Assembly (NCBI GenBank): GCA_016794505.1
Contig: JAEUJZ010000074.1
Coordinates: forward strand, 49,061-113,060
Reading direction: 5' to 3'
DNA: 64,000 bases
From: Myxococcales bacterium
Lineage (GTDB): Bacteria > Myxococcota_A > Polyangia > Palsa-1104 > JAEUJZ01
Part shown: positions 17,357 through 26,736 of the stretch, in pieces
How positions within the stretch are numbered: position 1 is the stretch's first letter
Layout: each line of letters starts with the position of its first letter
Position numbers and translations under genes: made by a program
Notes under the pieces: generated by a model
What the model was told of the DNA's origin: nothing
The model's database searches: none
Seen by the model: only the letters and a program-made list of their open reading frames with translations

Positions 17357-19267
17357 TCAGCGTCGCAGGTTGACGAAGTCGTAGCGGAAGCCGTAGCTAT
17401 CGCCGTCCGTAGGCGGCGGCAGACGAAGACCGCGAATGACGCCGAGCACACACGCTGCGCCGTCTTCGGCTCCATCAATATTGGCTTCGCTGACACGGCC
17501 GTCGGCCTGCACCGTGAGATCGACCGAGATCTTCGGCGGCGGACTGGCATCGGCGGGATAGCAGCGCAGCACCGCCGGCAGTGCGCGTCGCATGACACCG
17601 TTTACGTTGAGCGCTGAGTCATTCAAGCCAGCGCCGCTCTTGCCCGGACTCGCAGCAGCGACGGGAACGGGCGCCGTTGCAATGGGGCGCAAGCCGCCCC
17701 GCCCTTTCTTTCCGCGTGGCACAAGCCCAGCCGGTTTGCTGCCCGTGCCAACCGCCACCGCCGCGACGAGCGGTGCCGGGTCTTCGCCGGGTTCATCGGC
17801 ACCGCGTATAGGCGGTAGCTTGTCGGCCCCCACAGGTCGTGCTTTGGTCACACTCGGCGCCTCGACGGGCGCGCTGCTGCCAGTCCCCTGGGTCGAAGCT
17901 GGCGATGCCACAACCGGGCTCACCACCACCGGCTGTGGCCCTGCTATCTGCGAGCCAGTGCCGACTGTGCTGCCCCCTGTGCCGACGCTGTGTACCGGGG
18001 TCGACGTTGTATCCCCAGGTGCAGGCTCGCTGGTCCCAACAACCGGTGAAGCCGAGCGCCGCTGCAGCACTGCGTATCCGATGCCACCGACGATGGAAAG
18101 CGCCACTGCCCCAGCCGCAAGAGCCACCGCGGCACCACTTCTTCGTCGCGGCGGCGTAGCGGGCTTGTCCAGCACCAGCTCACCACCGCCAACGCTCGAT
18201 GCATTCGATGTGCGGTCTCCGATCAGCGCCGCCGGCAAGGGAGGTGGACGCTGACCGCTTGACTGGCTAACAGATGACGGAGCAAGACCCAAGGCCGGTG
18301 CAATCGTCGGAACCAACAGCTGTGCCGCGACCTGCGTCGCTTGCCTAAGGAGGGTACGTTCAGCCTCTTCCAGCGCATCCTTGAGCGCTGCCGCTGTCTG
18401 GTAGCGATCTTCAGGACGCCGTGAGCAGGCGCGCGTGATGATCGCGTCAACCAGCGGCAGCCCCCGTTCGCCAAATGCCAGCGGCGGCAGCTTGGCTGCC
18501 ATGATCTGCTGACGCTTCTGCTCTAGGCGCTCGGCGTTAAACATCTTTTCGCCGATCAAGCACTCGTACAGCAGAACACCGACGGCAAAAATATCCGATC
18601 GCGCATCGACCAAGTGCGAGTCGCCGCGAGCCTGCTCAGGCGACATGTACGAAGGCGAACCGAGCAAGCGGCCCGTCCCCGTGATCTCGACTCCGTCGAG
18701 GAGCTTGGACAGTCCGAAGTCGAGCACCTTGAGCGTCGTGTCCAGTTCATCGGGCCCCGGTGAATCGACGCGCACCAGAAACAAGTTCTCGGGCTTGAGA
18801 TCGCGATGAATCACGCCCCGGCGATGCGCCGCACTCAGCGCATCGCAGAGCTCGATCATCAAGCGCAGGGACAGGCGCGGCGAAAGGGGGCCGCGTTCCA
18901 AGCGATCGCGCAGCGTCTCGCCGATGACCAGCTCCATGGCCAGATACGGCCAGGCATTGGGGTCGTCGCGAAAGTCGGTGATCGCGACGATGTTGGGATG
19001 CCCCAGCTGAAATGCGCTCTGCGCCTCGCGACGAAAACGCGTTCGCAGCTCGGGGTTTGAAACCAGCTGCGGGTGCATGAACTTGATCGCGCAAGGCCGC
19101 TGCAGATGCAGGTGAAACGCCCGATACACGACGCCAACGCCGCCCTTCCCGAGCTGCTGATCCAGACGGTACGTGCCGTCCAGCACATCGCCAGGCTGAG
19201 GCTGCTTGCGCACTTTGAGTGCGGTTGCCGAATCCACCTGATGTGGGCTCTGTTGCTGATCACTCAT
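17357..19267 (-). CDS. Eukaryotic-like Ser/Thr protein kinase with a Pro-rich linker, a transmembrane segment and a C-terminal TonB-C/AgmX-like domain
   Basis: Kinase subdomains are present (GKGGVGVVYRA, AIK, HRDLKPENLF, DFGLSK, SPSYMSPEQ). A Pro/Ser/Thr-rich region and a TM helix (AVALAAGAVALSIVGGIGYAVL) follow. The start is chosen at MSDQQQ (19267). Confidence 0.85.
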   Translation of the reverse strand: MSDQQQSPHQVDSATALKVRKQPQPGDVLDGTYRLDQQLGKGGVGVVYRAFHLHLQRPCAIKFMHPQLVSNPELRTRFRREAQSAFQLGHPNIVAITDFRDDPNAWPYLAMELVIGETLRDRLERGPLSPRLSLRLMIELCDALSAAHRRGVIHRDLKPENLFLVRVDSPGPDELDTTLKVLDFGLSKLLDGVEITGTGRLLGSPSYMSPEQARGDSHLVDARSDIFAVGVLLYECLIGEKMFNAERLEQKRQQIMAAKLPPLAFGERGLPLVDAIITRACSRRPEDRYQTAAALKDALEEAERTLLRQATQVAAQLLVPTIAPALGLAPSSVSQSSGQRPPPLPAALIGDRTSNASSVGGGELVLDKPATPPRRRSGAAVALAAGAVALSIVGGIGYAVLQRRSASPVVGTSEPAPGDTTSTPVHSVGTGGSTVGTGSQIAGPQPVVVSPVVASPASTQGTGSSAPVEAPSVTKARPVGADKLPPIRGADEPGEDPAPLVAAVAVGTGSKPAGLVPRGKKGRGGLRPIATAPVPVAAASPGKSGAGLNDSALNVNGVMRRALPAVLRCYPADASPPPKISVDLTVQADGRVSEANIDGAEDGAACVLGVIRGLRLPPPTDGDSYGFRYDFVNLRR

Positions 19268-19506
19268 GCCGTGGCCCGCTTCACCCCTCTTGCCCCAACG
19301 GACAAGGCTAGACCTTGTATCGTACCACGCGGCTTGGCTCTTCCGCGGGGTTGTGAGCAACTTCGCAGCCTTAGCGCAGCCCATAGCTAGACAGACGCGT
19401 TACACACCACCCGGCACCTGCCAACACAGGCTTCGCAGAAAAAACAGCCTCTAAAGTAAGACTAGCGGCGCTGGCCGGACGAGCAAGCTCGAATGCGGGG
19501 TGATCT

Positions 19507-20712
19507 CTATTTGGCGGCGCGAACCAGGGCCACGCTTTCGCCGATCGCACAAGCGATGTGCTCGATGTCCGCCGATGTCGTATCGGGCCCCAGCGAGACG
19601 CGGATGGCCTCGCGCGCTTGGCGTTCGTCCAGGCCCAAGGCCACAAGCACGCTCGACGGTTTGATCGATCCAGAGCTGCACGCGGCTCCGGCCGAGACGG
19701 CGATCCCACGCAGATCGAGGTTCATCAACAAGAGCTCGCCTTCCACTCGATCGAAGCCCAGGCTGCTCGTACCCGGAGCCCGCGAGGCTGCAGATTGGCT
19801 GTCGCCGTGAACGCGCGAGCCTGCGATCGTCGATTGGATCTGCGCTTCGAGCGCATCGCGCAGCGACGCGACCTGCGACCAGCGTGAAAGAAGCTGCTCT
19901 TGTGCAAGCAGCGCCGCTTCCCCGAGCCCGACGATGCCCAGCAGGTTCTCGGTCCCCGGCCGCAGCCCGCGCTCTTGCGGTCCGCCGTACAAAAGTCCCG
20001 GCAGCTCGGCAAGGGATGGGATCGGATCGGACTGCCTGGGCAGAGCGCGACGCGTGCGGACATACAGCGCCCCGACCCCCTTGGGCCCAAAGAACTTATG
20101 ACCCGATACGCTGAGCAGATCGACATCGAGCTCGCGCACCGAGACCGGTACACGCCCGACGGCCTGCACCGCGTCACAGTGAACCAAGGCCCCTGCGGCA
20201 TGTGCAACCGCTGAAAGCTCGGCGATGGGATACAGGTTGCCGAGCTCGTGATTGCAAAGGGCAAACGACACAACATCGGCCGGATCTTCGTTCAGCAGAT
20301 CCGCTAGACGCTGGGCAGACAGTCGACCACGCGCATCGCACGGCAGCTCGCGCACCGCACAACCCTGCTGCCCCAGTGCGGCGACAGTCTGTCGCACCGA
20401 CGGATGTTCAAGGCCACTGGTCACGATGCGCGCGGGTCGCCCATGCTGACGGGCCAGAAGCGCTGCCGTGCTGCGCAGCGCGCAGTTGTTCGACTCGGTT
20501 CCGCCGCTGGTAAAGACGATCTCGCTGCTGTGCGCCAAGAGCAAGGCGGCAACCTGTGCGCGAGCCTGCTCGATCAACTGTCGAGCGCGTCGGCCTTCGC
20601 CATGCACAGAGGATGGATTGCCAAAGCAGATCTCGGCGGTCTCGATCATGCGCGATAAGACACGCGGATGAAGCGGTGTCGTCGCGTTGTAGTCGCAGTA
20701 GATGCGCTGCAT
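19507..20712 (-). CDS. Cysteine desulfurase (NifS/IscS family, PLP-dependent)
   Basis: The N-terminus reads MQRIYCDYNATTPL. The PLP-lysine region is SVSGHKFFGPKGVGALYVR. The C-terminal active Cys region is SAGAACSSG. Confidence 0.85.
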   Translation of the reverse strand: MQRIYCDYNATTPLHPRVLSRMIETAEICFGNPSSVHGEGRRARQLIEQARAQVAALLLAHSSEIVFTSGGTESNNCALRSTAALLARQHGRPARIVTSGLEHPSVRQTVAALGQQGCAVRELPCDARGRLSAQRLADLLNEDPADVVSFALCNHELGNLYPIAELSAVAHAAGALVHCDAVQAVGRVPVSVRELDVDLLSVSGHKFFGPKGVGALYVRTRRALPRQSDPIPSLAELPGLLYGGPQERGLRPGTENLLGIVGLGEAALLAQEQLLSRWSQVASLRDALEAQIQSTIAGSRVHGDSQSAASRAPGTSSLGFDRVEGELLLMNLDLRGIAVSAGAACSSGSIKPSSVLVALGLDERQAREAIRVSLGPDTTSADIEHIACAIGESVALVRAAK

Positions 20713-20871
20713 AGATCGCTATGTGGCAGAAATTCAGGCCCAGGGGAACTTCTGTCTTGCTCGCGCAGCACGCAGTGCGATCGTTCCGTCGACAGCGCCG
20801 CGCCCACCCGACGCACGCAGCACACTGCAGACCGTCGTCAATGGCTCGGCCCTCGAACGCAGCGCTGCGAT

Positions 20872-22224
20872 CTAGGGCTTCAGCGAGCGCCAGCTTGGTG
20901 CGCTAAACAGCCGGGCCTCTTCGCCGGAAAGCGCCGTGCCATCAGCGACGCGTCCACCGACCAGCAGCGACCCCGTGAGCTCGGGTGCATAGGCAAATGA
21001 AGCCCCGCTGCACGGCGCAGGAAGCATGCCCTCCGTGATCGGCTTCCAGCGATAGTCGATGGGGCTCCAGGTCAGCGTATCCGACAGCGGTGCGCCTGCG
21101 GTGGTGCCACCGAATAAGACCAGCGCACCGGCAAACAGATCAAACGACACCGAAAAGTCACTGCGGCGAATCGGTGCCGTGTTCCCAGGCGGTGGAACCT
21201 GCTCGGTGAAGTTTGTCTCAAGCCGCCAGACTTTGATCGTCGTTGGATTGGCCTCGTCGCTGCCAACCAGAAGCACATAGCGCCCATCAAAGACCAGCCG
21301 CGGATTGGCGACCACGGGCGCGGCCATGCCCAACGTGCGCGGAATCCACGTGCTGCTCTCGCCGGGAAGTTCCCACACGTCGTTCAGAAGCTGTGCCTGT
21401 GCTTCGTTTCGACCGCCGTACAAAACCAGCGAGTCGGTCCGCGTGTCATAGGCCAGCGCCGCCGTGCTACGAGCGGATGGCGCAGTAGGTTGACTGATGC
21501 TGCTCCACGAGCCGCTTTGGTCGAGCACCCACAGATCGTCGAGACCCTTGTTTCCACCATCGGTCGACAAGCCACCAAACAGCGCCACGGCATGACGGCG
21601 TGCGTGATAGACCAGCGTCGAGGCTCGCGCGCTGGGATGGCTCAAGCTGCGCAGCGGCTGCCAGCGCCGCTCAGCAGCCAGAAATTCCCACGTGTCATCG
21701 AGCGCACGGCCTTGGCTGTCCAGGCCCCCAAACAAAACGATGCTGCGCCGCTCCGGGAAATACGCCATACCGGCGCTGTGACGCGCCGCAGGGTAGCCGC
21801 TCGACAGCGTGGCGGCATTGCCAAGATCAGGCCCCAGCTTGAGTGTGAGCTGCTTGTGCTGCCCAGCAGCCACCGTGTCCCCGCCTTGCCCCCGCAGCAC
21901 CGGACTCCCCGAGAGCTCTGCGATCACATCCAGGCTGACCTGGCTCGTGCGATCTCCCAACAAGACGCTGAACGAAAGAGGAAAGCGCAGGGCTGCGCTG
22001 CCCAAGGGCGGCTTGCTGATGCGTTCTGCAGCGTTTCCTCCGTCGATGCCCACCAGCACTCGCAGACGATCACTGCGCTGCTCGCCATCGGCTTCCAAGC
22101 GCACGCTCAAGCACGTCTGACGGATGCCGTCACAGACATCGGGTCCACAGCCTGCCGCAAGAGCCACAAGGCTCACACACAGACCCACGACTCGGCGATA
22201 GGAAGAAGACGAATGCTGCGTCAT
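20872..22224 (-). CDS. Kelch-repeat lipoprotein
   Basis: The N-terminus has a lipobox (LVALAAGCG). Repeated Kelch-like blades contain conserved Gly-Gly and Trp motifs (ALFGGLSTDGGNKGLDDLWVLD, LVLYGGRNEAQAQLLNDVWEL, IVLFGGLDSQGRALDDTWEF). The start codon overlaps the stop of the upstream TPR gene as ATGA. Confidence 0.65.
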   Translation of the reverse strand: MTQHSSSSYRRVVGLCVSLVALAAGCGPDVCDGIRQTCLSVRLEADGEQRSDRLRVLVGIDGGNAAERISKPPLGSAALRFPLSFSVLLGDRTSQVSLDVIAELSGSPVLRGQGGDTVAAGQHKQLTLKLGPDLGNAATLSSGYPAARHSAGMAYFPERRSIVLFGGLDSQGRALDDTWEFLAAERRWQPLRSLSHPSARASTLVYHARRHAVALFGGLSTDGGNKGLDDLWVLDQSGSWSSISQPTAPSARSTAALAYDTRTDSLVLYGGRNEAQAQLLNDVWELPGESSTWIPRTLGMAAPVVANPRLVFDGRYVLLVGSDEANPTTIKVWRLETNFTEQVPPPGNTAPIRRSDFSVSFDLFAGALVLFGGTTAGAPLSDTLTWSPIDYRWKPITEGMLPAPCSGASFAYAPELTGSLLVGGRVADGTALSGEEARLFSAPSWRSLKP

Positions 22225-22802
22225 GGCGTTACCGGCTCAAAGACATTGGCTTGTGTGCTGCGCGTTCCGAAGTAGACCCCAAGGCCCACGGCCACTCCGA
22301 CCACCACGGCACCGCCGACGACGCCCAGCGCGATCGGCCACACCGCCTGCTTGCTGCGGCTCCCGCGAACCAGACCAGCCGGGGCCGGCTCGGTCATGCT
22401 CTCGGCACCGGGTGGCACATACAGCGTCGAGTAGTACGCGGGACCGAGCTGCTGTTCGAGAGCACTTATGCGCTCTTCGACTTCGCTGCGGTTGGGCGCG
22501 CTGGGGCTCTCGCGCAGATAGCGGCGATACATCAACAGCGCCTTTTCGGATTCGCCCGAAAGGCGATGTGCCTGCGCGATGTTGTACAAGAACACCGGCT
22601 GCGGGATGAGCTTGTAGCCGTTCTCAAACTCGACGATGGCCTTGGCGTACTCTTTGGCCTGGTACTGCTTCATCCCGCGCGCAAAGGCCTGGCCGGCTTG
22701 GGCTTTGGTCTCGGCACTGACCTCTTCAGCCGCAGCGCGCCGAGGCTCAGCCATCATGACAGTCCCTAGTGCAAGTAGCAGGACTGCAATAATCGTTTTC
22801 AC
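22221..22802 (-). CDS. Signal-peptide TPR-like protein with a C-terminal transmembrane anchor
   Basis: The N-terminus is a signal peptide (MKTIIAVLLLALGTVMMA). A TPR-like stretch follows (YAKAIVEFENGYKLIPQPVFLYNIAQAHRLSGESEKALLMYRRYL). The C-terminus is a hydrophobic helix (IALGVVGGAVVVGVAVGLGVYF). The gene is translationally coupled to the Kelch gene. Confidence 0.5.
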   Translation of the reverse strand: MKTIIAVLLLALGTVMMAEPRRAAAEEVSAETKAQAGQAFARGMKQYQAKEYAKAIVEFENGYKLIPQPVFLYNIAQAHRLSGESEKALLMYRRYLRESPSAPNRSEVEERISALEQQLGPAYYSTLYVPPGAESMTEPAPAGLVRGSRSKQAVWPIALGVVGGAVVVGVAVGLGVYFGTRSTQANVFEPVTP

Positions 22803-22841
22803 GGCTCACAGTACCACGTAACCTAGCGCGTCGTACAGCCC

Positions 22842-23780
22842 TTGTCCGACGCGCATTCACAGCAAGATGGTCCGCATTCCACCGACATGGATCGCGCTTT
22901 CCGCATCGCCGATTCGCAGAGCGCGCGGGCGGCTGGTGAGTCGGGTGTGGCGCTGCTCTTGTTCGCGGTGGCTCTGCTGCTCTTGATTGTCATTGGCAGC
23001 TTGTCGCAAGCCTACCGACCTGGACCGCTGGGCACCGCCGTCACCGAGGTCTTGGCCATCCTGCTGCCTGCGCTGATCTTCTCGCGAGCGCGACGATCAC
23101 ATGCGCTTCATGCGCTGCGCTTGCTGCCGCTTTCACGCCGGATCCTGCCGGCACTTCTTGGCGGCGTGATGCTGGGTTTGGCCTGGTTCTATGTTCTTGC
23201 CGGCTGGATCGAACCGGTGTGGGAACACTGGGTGCCGGTCCCCGAAGCCGAGCGCCAGCACATGCTGCGCATGCTGCGCCCAGCGACGGGCCTGCGCCCG
23301 CTGTGGCAGGACCTTTTGTGCTTCGCGGCTGTGCCGGCTATCTGCGAAGAGGTGTTGTTCCGCGGTGCGCTTCTGCCGCTTCTGACCCCCGCGATAGCGC
23401 CAGCGCTGCGTCGGGCGGGACACCATCGAGTGGCCGCTATCCTGCCCGTCCTTGCCTGCGCGGTCTTGTTCGGCGTGTTTCACCTGTCGCTGTCCAAGCT
23501 CGTTCCGACAACCCTTCTTGGCATCGGGTTTGGCGCGGCGCGGGTCCTCAGTCATTCGCTGTGGGCCGCCATCGCCATGCACGGCACGAACAACGCGATG
23601 GTGATCGTGCTCACTCGCGCGGGCCTTGACGAGGGTCCTGCCGCGGGGGGCGACCTCGCTACGGGCACCAGTGTGGGCCTGCTTGTGGCTGCGATTGCCC
23701 TTGGAATTCTCGGTGTGCAGGCTCTGCGCTGGGCGGCTCAACGGTCTGCGATCATGACTCGTTCAGTCGATGCTGCGTGA
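22842..23780 (+). CDS. CPBP-family (CAAX protease/Abi) intramembrane metalloprotease
   Basis: The protein is polytopic. It carries the three CPBP motifs: EExxxR (CEEVLFRGAL), FxxxH (FGVFHLS) and HxxxN (MHGTNNAMV). The start is uncertain (22842 or the MDRAF start at 22887). Confidence 0.7.
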   Translation: MSDAHSQQDGPHSTDMDRAFRIADSQSARAAGESGVALLLFAVALLLLIVIGSLSQAYRPGPLGTAVTEVLAILLPALIFSRARRSHALHALRLLPLSRRILPALLGGVMLGLAWFYVLAGWIEPVWEHWVPVPEAERQHMLRMLRPATGLRPLWQDLLCFAAVPAICEEVLFRGALLPLLTPAIAPALRRAGHHRVAAILPVLACAVLFGVFHLSLSKLVPTTLLGIGFGAARVLSHSLWAAIAMHGTNNAMVIVLTRAGLDEGPAAGGDLATGTSVGLLVAAIALGILGVQALRWAAQRSAIMTRSVDAA

Positions 23781-25224
23781 TCAGCTTGTGCAGGTACATG
23801 CGATCGATCTGCGCGCGACGGGCCGCTTCGCTGACGTTGTTGCGGGCCGCTTTCAGCAGTGCGCTGATATAGCGACGCTCGAAGTCATCGATCAGCGCTT
23901 GCTTGGCTTGCTTAAACGGCACGTTGATGTCGACGGATTCGTGCGAATTGCTGGCGGCGCTGCTGCGCGGCGCATCCTGGCTGGCGGCGGCGCTGGCTGC
24001 ATCACTGCCCTGGGGTGAAGTGGGCTGATCCAAAAGCGGATCTTCGTCCGGTATCGCCACGGCGCGTTCGACGACATTGCGTAGCTCGCGAATGTTGCCG
24101 GGCCAGTGATAGTCCGCGTTGTGTTCCAAGATCCGCGCGCCGATGCTGTCGACAAGTTGCCGCATCTGGGCCTCGGATCCCGACTGCCGATGACCCGGCA
24201 ACACGTGCTGCACGAAGTGCTGAATCAGCAGCGGTAGATCCTCGCGACGATCGCGCAGCGGCGGAATGTGGATGTTGACCACGGACAGCCGAAAGTACAG
24301 GTCTTGGCGGAAGCGGCGCTCATTCACCTCAGCGCCTAGATCGCGGTTGGTGGCCGCGAGTACGCGGACATCGACGGAACGCACCGTTTCTGAGCCCACG
24401 CGGCGCACTTCGCGGCGCTCAAGTACGCGCAGAAGCTTCGGCTGCAAATCCAGCGGTAGCTCGCCGATCTCGTCGAGAAAGACGGTTCCGCCGGATGCTC
24501 GTTCAAACGCCCCGCGATAGTCGCTGTGCGCCCCCGTGAAGGCACCGCGCATATGGCCAAACAGCTCACTCTCGATCAGGTTCGCAGGCAGCGCCGAGCA
24601 GTCGATGACGACGAACGGCGCTTGCGCCCGCGGACTCGCCTGCACAAGCGCCTCGGCAACGGCCTCTTTTCCGGTGCCTGTCTCGCCGGTAATTAGAACC
24701 GTGGCTGGCGTCGCTGCGACCTGCTCAATGCGCGCAAACATGCGACGCATGGCTACGGACGCACCGACCATGTCAAAGAACCGATCACGTGGATACAGCG
24801 TCGCTCGCAGCGGTCGATCGTCCAGCGAGTCAAAGCGCAAGCGGCTGCGTCCAAGTGCGATGATCGTGCCCGGTCGTAGCTGCACATCAAACACGCGCAG
24901 GCCCGCAACATAGGTGCCGTTGGTGCTGCCGACATCGCGCAGCCGCCAGGCAAACGCCTCAGGACCGCTGCTTGCCTCGCTCGCCCCATCGCCGCTGACC
25001 CGTCGCGAGATCTCCAGGTGATAGCCGCTTATGCTCTTGTCGCTGAGGATCAGGTGATTGTTCTCGCGCGTGCCGACCCGCAGCAGCATCTCGTCATCGC
25101 TCTCGACACTCATGCCGACATCGGGGCCCTCAAGCACCGACAGCCGTACGCGCTGCAAAGCAACCGATGTGGCCAGGCGGCCATCATCGGAACGCGGCAT
25201 CCGCTGCGTCCGCTTCTCACTCAT
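23752..25224 (-). CDS. Sigma-54-dependent transcriptional activator with an N-terminal FHA domain
   Basis: The FHA region reads [25 protein letters not shown]...GSTNGTYV. The AAA+ sigma-54 interaction domain carries [23 protein letters not shown] and GNIRELRN. The C-terminus has an HTH ([19 protein letters not shown]). The start is chosen at MSEKR (25224) because it avoids overlap with the upstream cNMP gene. Confidence 0.8.
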   Translation of the reverse strand: MSEKRTQRMPRSDDGRLATSVALQRVRLSVLEGPDVGMSVESDDEMLLRVGTRENNHLILSDKSISGYHLEISRRVSGDGASEASSGPEAFAWRLRDVGSTNGTYVAGLRVFDVQLRPGTIIALGRSRLRFDSLDDRPLRATLYPRDRFFDMVGASVAMRRMFARIEQVAATPATVLITGETGTGKEAVAEALVQASPRAQAPFVVIDCSALPANLIESELFGHMRGAFTGAHSDYRGAFERASGGTVFLDEIGELPLDLQPKLLRVLERREVRRVGSETVRSVDVRVLAATNRDLGAEVNERRFRQDLYFRLSVVNIHIPPLRDRREDLPLLIQHFVQHVLPGHRQSGSEAQMRQLVDSIGARILEHNADYHWPGNIRELRNVVERAVAIPDEDPLLDQPTSPQGSDAASAAASQDAPRSSAASNSHESVDINVPFKQAKQALIDDFERRYISALLKAARNNVSEAARRAQIDRMYLHKLITQHRLNES

Positions 25225-25255
25225 CTCGCTCGGCTCCCAACGTGTCGTTTGCCCG

Positions 25256-25720
25256 TTAGCCGCCTGCGAACTTGGCCAAGGCAAACGTGGCCATCACTTT
25301 GTCGTTGGTGTTGCGCAGGCGCTCAGACAGCGTCAGCACGAAGTTCCACAACAGCGAGATCGTCATCTCGCGATCGTCGTGCATGGCCTGATGCAGGTCG
25401 GCGATGCGTATGGCTTGCAAGATGCACGTCGTGTGCGCCATGGCTTGCGCGGCGCGTGGAATCGGCTCGAAGATCTCCATCTCGCCGAAGTAGCTTCCCT
25501 TGTCGAGGATGGCGAGCGCCTCTTCGCCCATGCCCGGAATGATGCGCGAGATGCGAATGCGGCCCTGCACGATGATGTAGAAGAACGCGGGCTCGTCGCC
25601 TTCGTGAAACAGGATCTCACCGGGCTGCAAACGGATCTCGGTGCAGATCGATTCGATATGCTTCAGCTGTTCGGGTGTCAGGTTGCTGAAAAGACCAACG
25701 TGGCTGAGAAAGCTGTCCAT
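25256..25720 (-). CDS. Stand-alone cyclic-nucleotide-binding (cNMP/Crp-like) domain protein
   Basis: The cNMP-binding beta-roll signature is present (GEILFHEGDEPAFFYIIVQGRIRISR...GSYFGEMEIFE). The GC content is visibly lower than the neighbouring genes. Confidence 0.7.
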   Translation of the reverse strand: MDSFLSHVGLFSNLTPEQLKHIESICTEIRLQPGEILFHEGDEPAFFYIIVQGRIRISRIIPGMGEEALAILDKGSYFGEMEIFEPIPRAAQAMAHTTCILQAIRIADLHQAMHDDREMTISLLWNFVLTLSERLRNTNDKVMATFALAKFAGG

Positions 25721-25879
25721 GCTCTAGGCCTCAGACCCATGCAAAGAAGGATGGCGAACTTAGAATTATCCGCTGCATAGGCAGCGATGGCGAGCGGAAA
25801 ACCCGACCGCGCTGGCCATCGTCGCGCGTGGTCCACGCTCGCAGCGCTCACGTAAGCCCTTCGGCGCGCGAACGCCGCC

Positions 25880-26731
25880 CTAGGCCGAAAGTGGGCCCGC
25901 GTCGCCGAGAATCCGGCGAGCTTCTTCGGTGTAGTCCCCGCCGCCGCCTTGGCTCGGCACCGAGCGACAGCGCAGATAGAGGGGCGGCTCGATCAGCAAG
26001 CTGCTCTTCGATCCTTTGCAGGCCTCAACGAGCACGCGCTGGCCTGGCTCATCCGCATACGGATGCACAACCCGCAGACGGACCGGCGTCAGGCCTTCGG
26101 CCTGCAAAACAGACAGCAGCTCGGTCAAGCGCGGCGTTGGATAGACGACCGCAAACCGCCCACGAAAGCGCAGCAGCCGTCGCGCAGCGCACACCAGATC
26201 AGCCAGCGGCAGATGAACTTCGTGACGGGCGATGGCCTCTTCGCCCTGCGGGTTCACTCCGCCTTGGCCCAGCGGATAGTACGGCGGACACGACGCAACC
26301 AGATCGAACGTAGCGCCAGGCAGCACGCTGCGCAGGGCCGCGGCCCGCACATCGCCTTGCACAACCTGCGTGCGATCGGCCACACCGTTTTCTTGGGCAT
26401 TGCGTCGGCACAGCGCAGCCAAGCGCGGCTGAAGCTCGACCAGCGTCACACGCGCGCAGGGATCGCTCTTGGCGAGCAACAGGCCAACGATGCCAACCCC
26501 AGCACCGATGTCCGCCAAGGCGCCAAGCGGCGCCGCGCCCACGAAGTCAGCGAGCAAGATGGGATCGATGCTGAAGCGATACCCGATGCGTGGCTGCCAC
26601 AGGGTGACGCGGCCGCGCACGATGGGATCATGGCTCAGCTCATGATCGCTCCGCGCGTCGCTCTCGGCTCGCTCTGCCGCAGCCGAAGCGCTCGCAGGTG
26701 GCATCGGCGCGTTGGACACATCTGACGACAC
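25880..26731 (-). CDS. Class I SAM-dependent methyltransferase (N6-adenine/tRNA m6A-type, small methyltransferase family)
   Basis: SAM motif I reads LADIGAGVGIVGLLLA. A (D/N)PPY-like catalytic tetrapeptide is present as VASCPPYYPLGQGG. The start lies 6 nt downstream of the DUF1015 stop. Confidence 0.65.
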   Translation of the reverse strand: MSSDVSNAPMPPASASAAAERAESDARSDHELSHDPIVRGRVTLWQPRIGYRFSIDPILLADFVGAAPLGALADIGAGVGIVGLLLAKSDPCARVTLVELQPRLAALCRRNAQENGVADRTQVVQGDVRAAALRSVLPGATFDLVASCPPYYPLGQGGVNPQGEEAIARHEVHLPLADLVCAARRLLRFRGRFAVVYPTPRLTELLSVLQAEGLTPVRLRVVHPYADEPGQRVLVEACKGSKSSLLIEPPLYLRCRSVPSQGGGGDYTEEARRILGDAGPLSA

Positions 26732-26736
26732 AGCCG

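Noticed and set aside
17592-18254. 220-aa plus-strand ORF inside the kinase gene
   Set aside because: It is opposite the Pro-rich linker of the STPK, and its low-complexity A/G/P/T translation mirrors that region.
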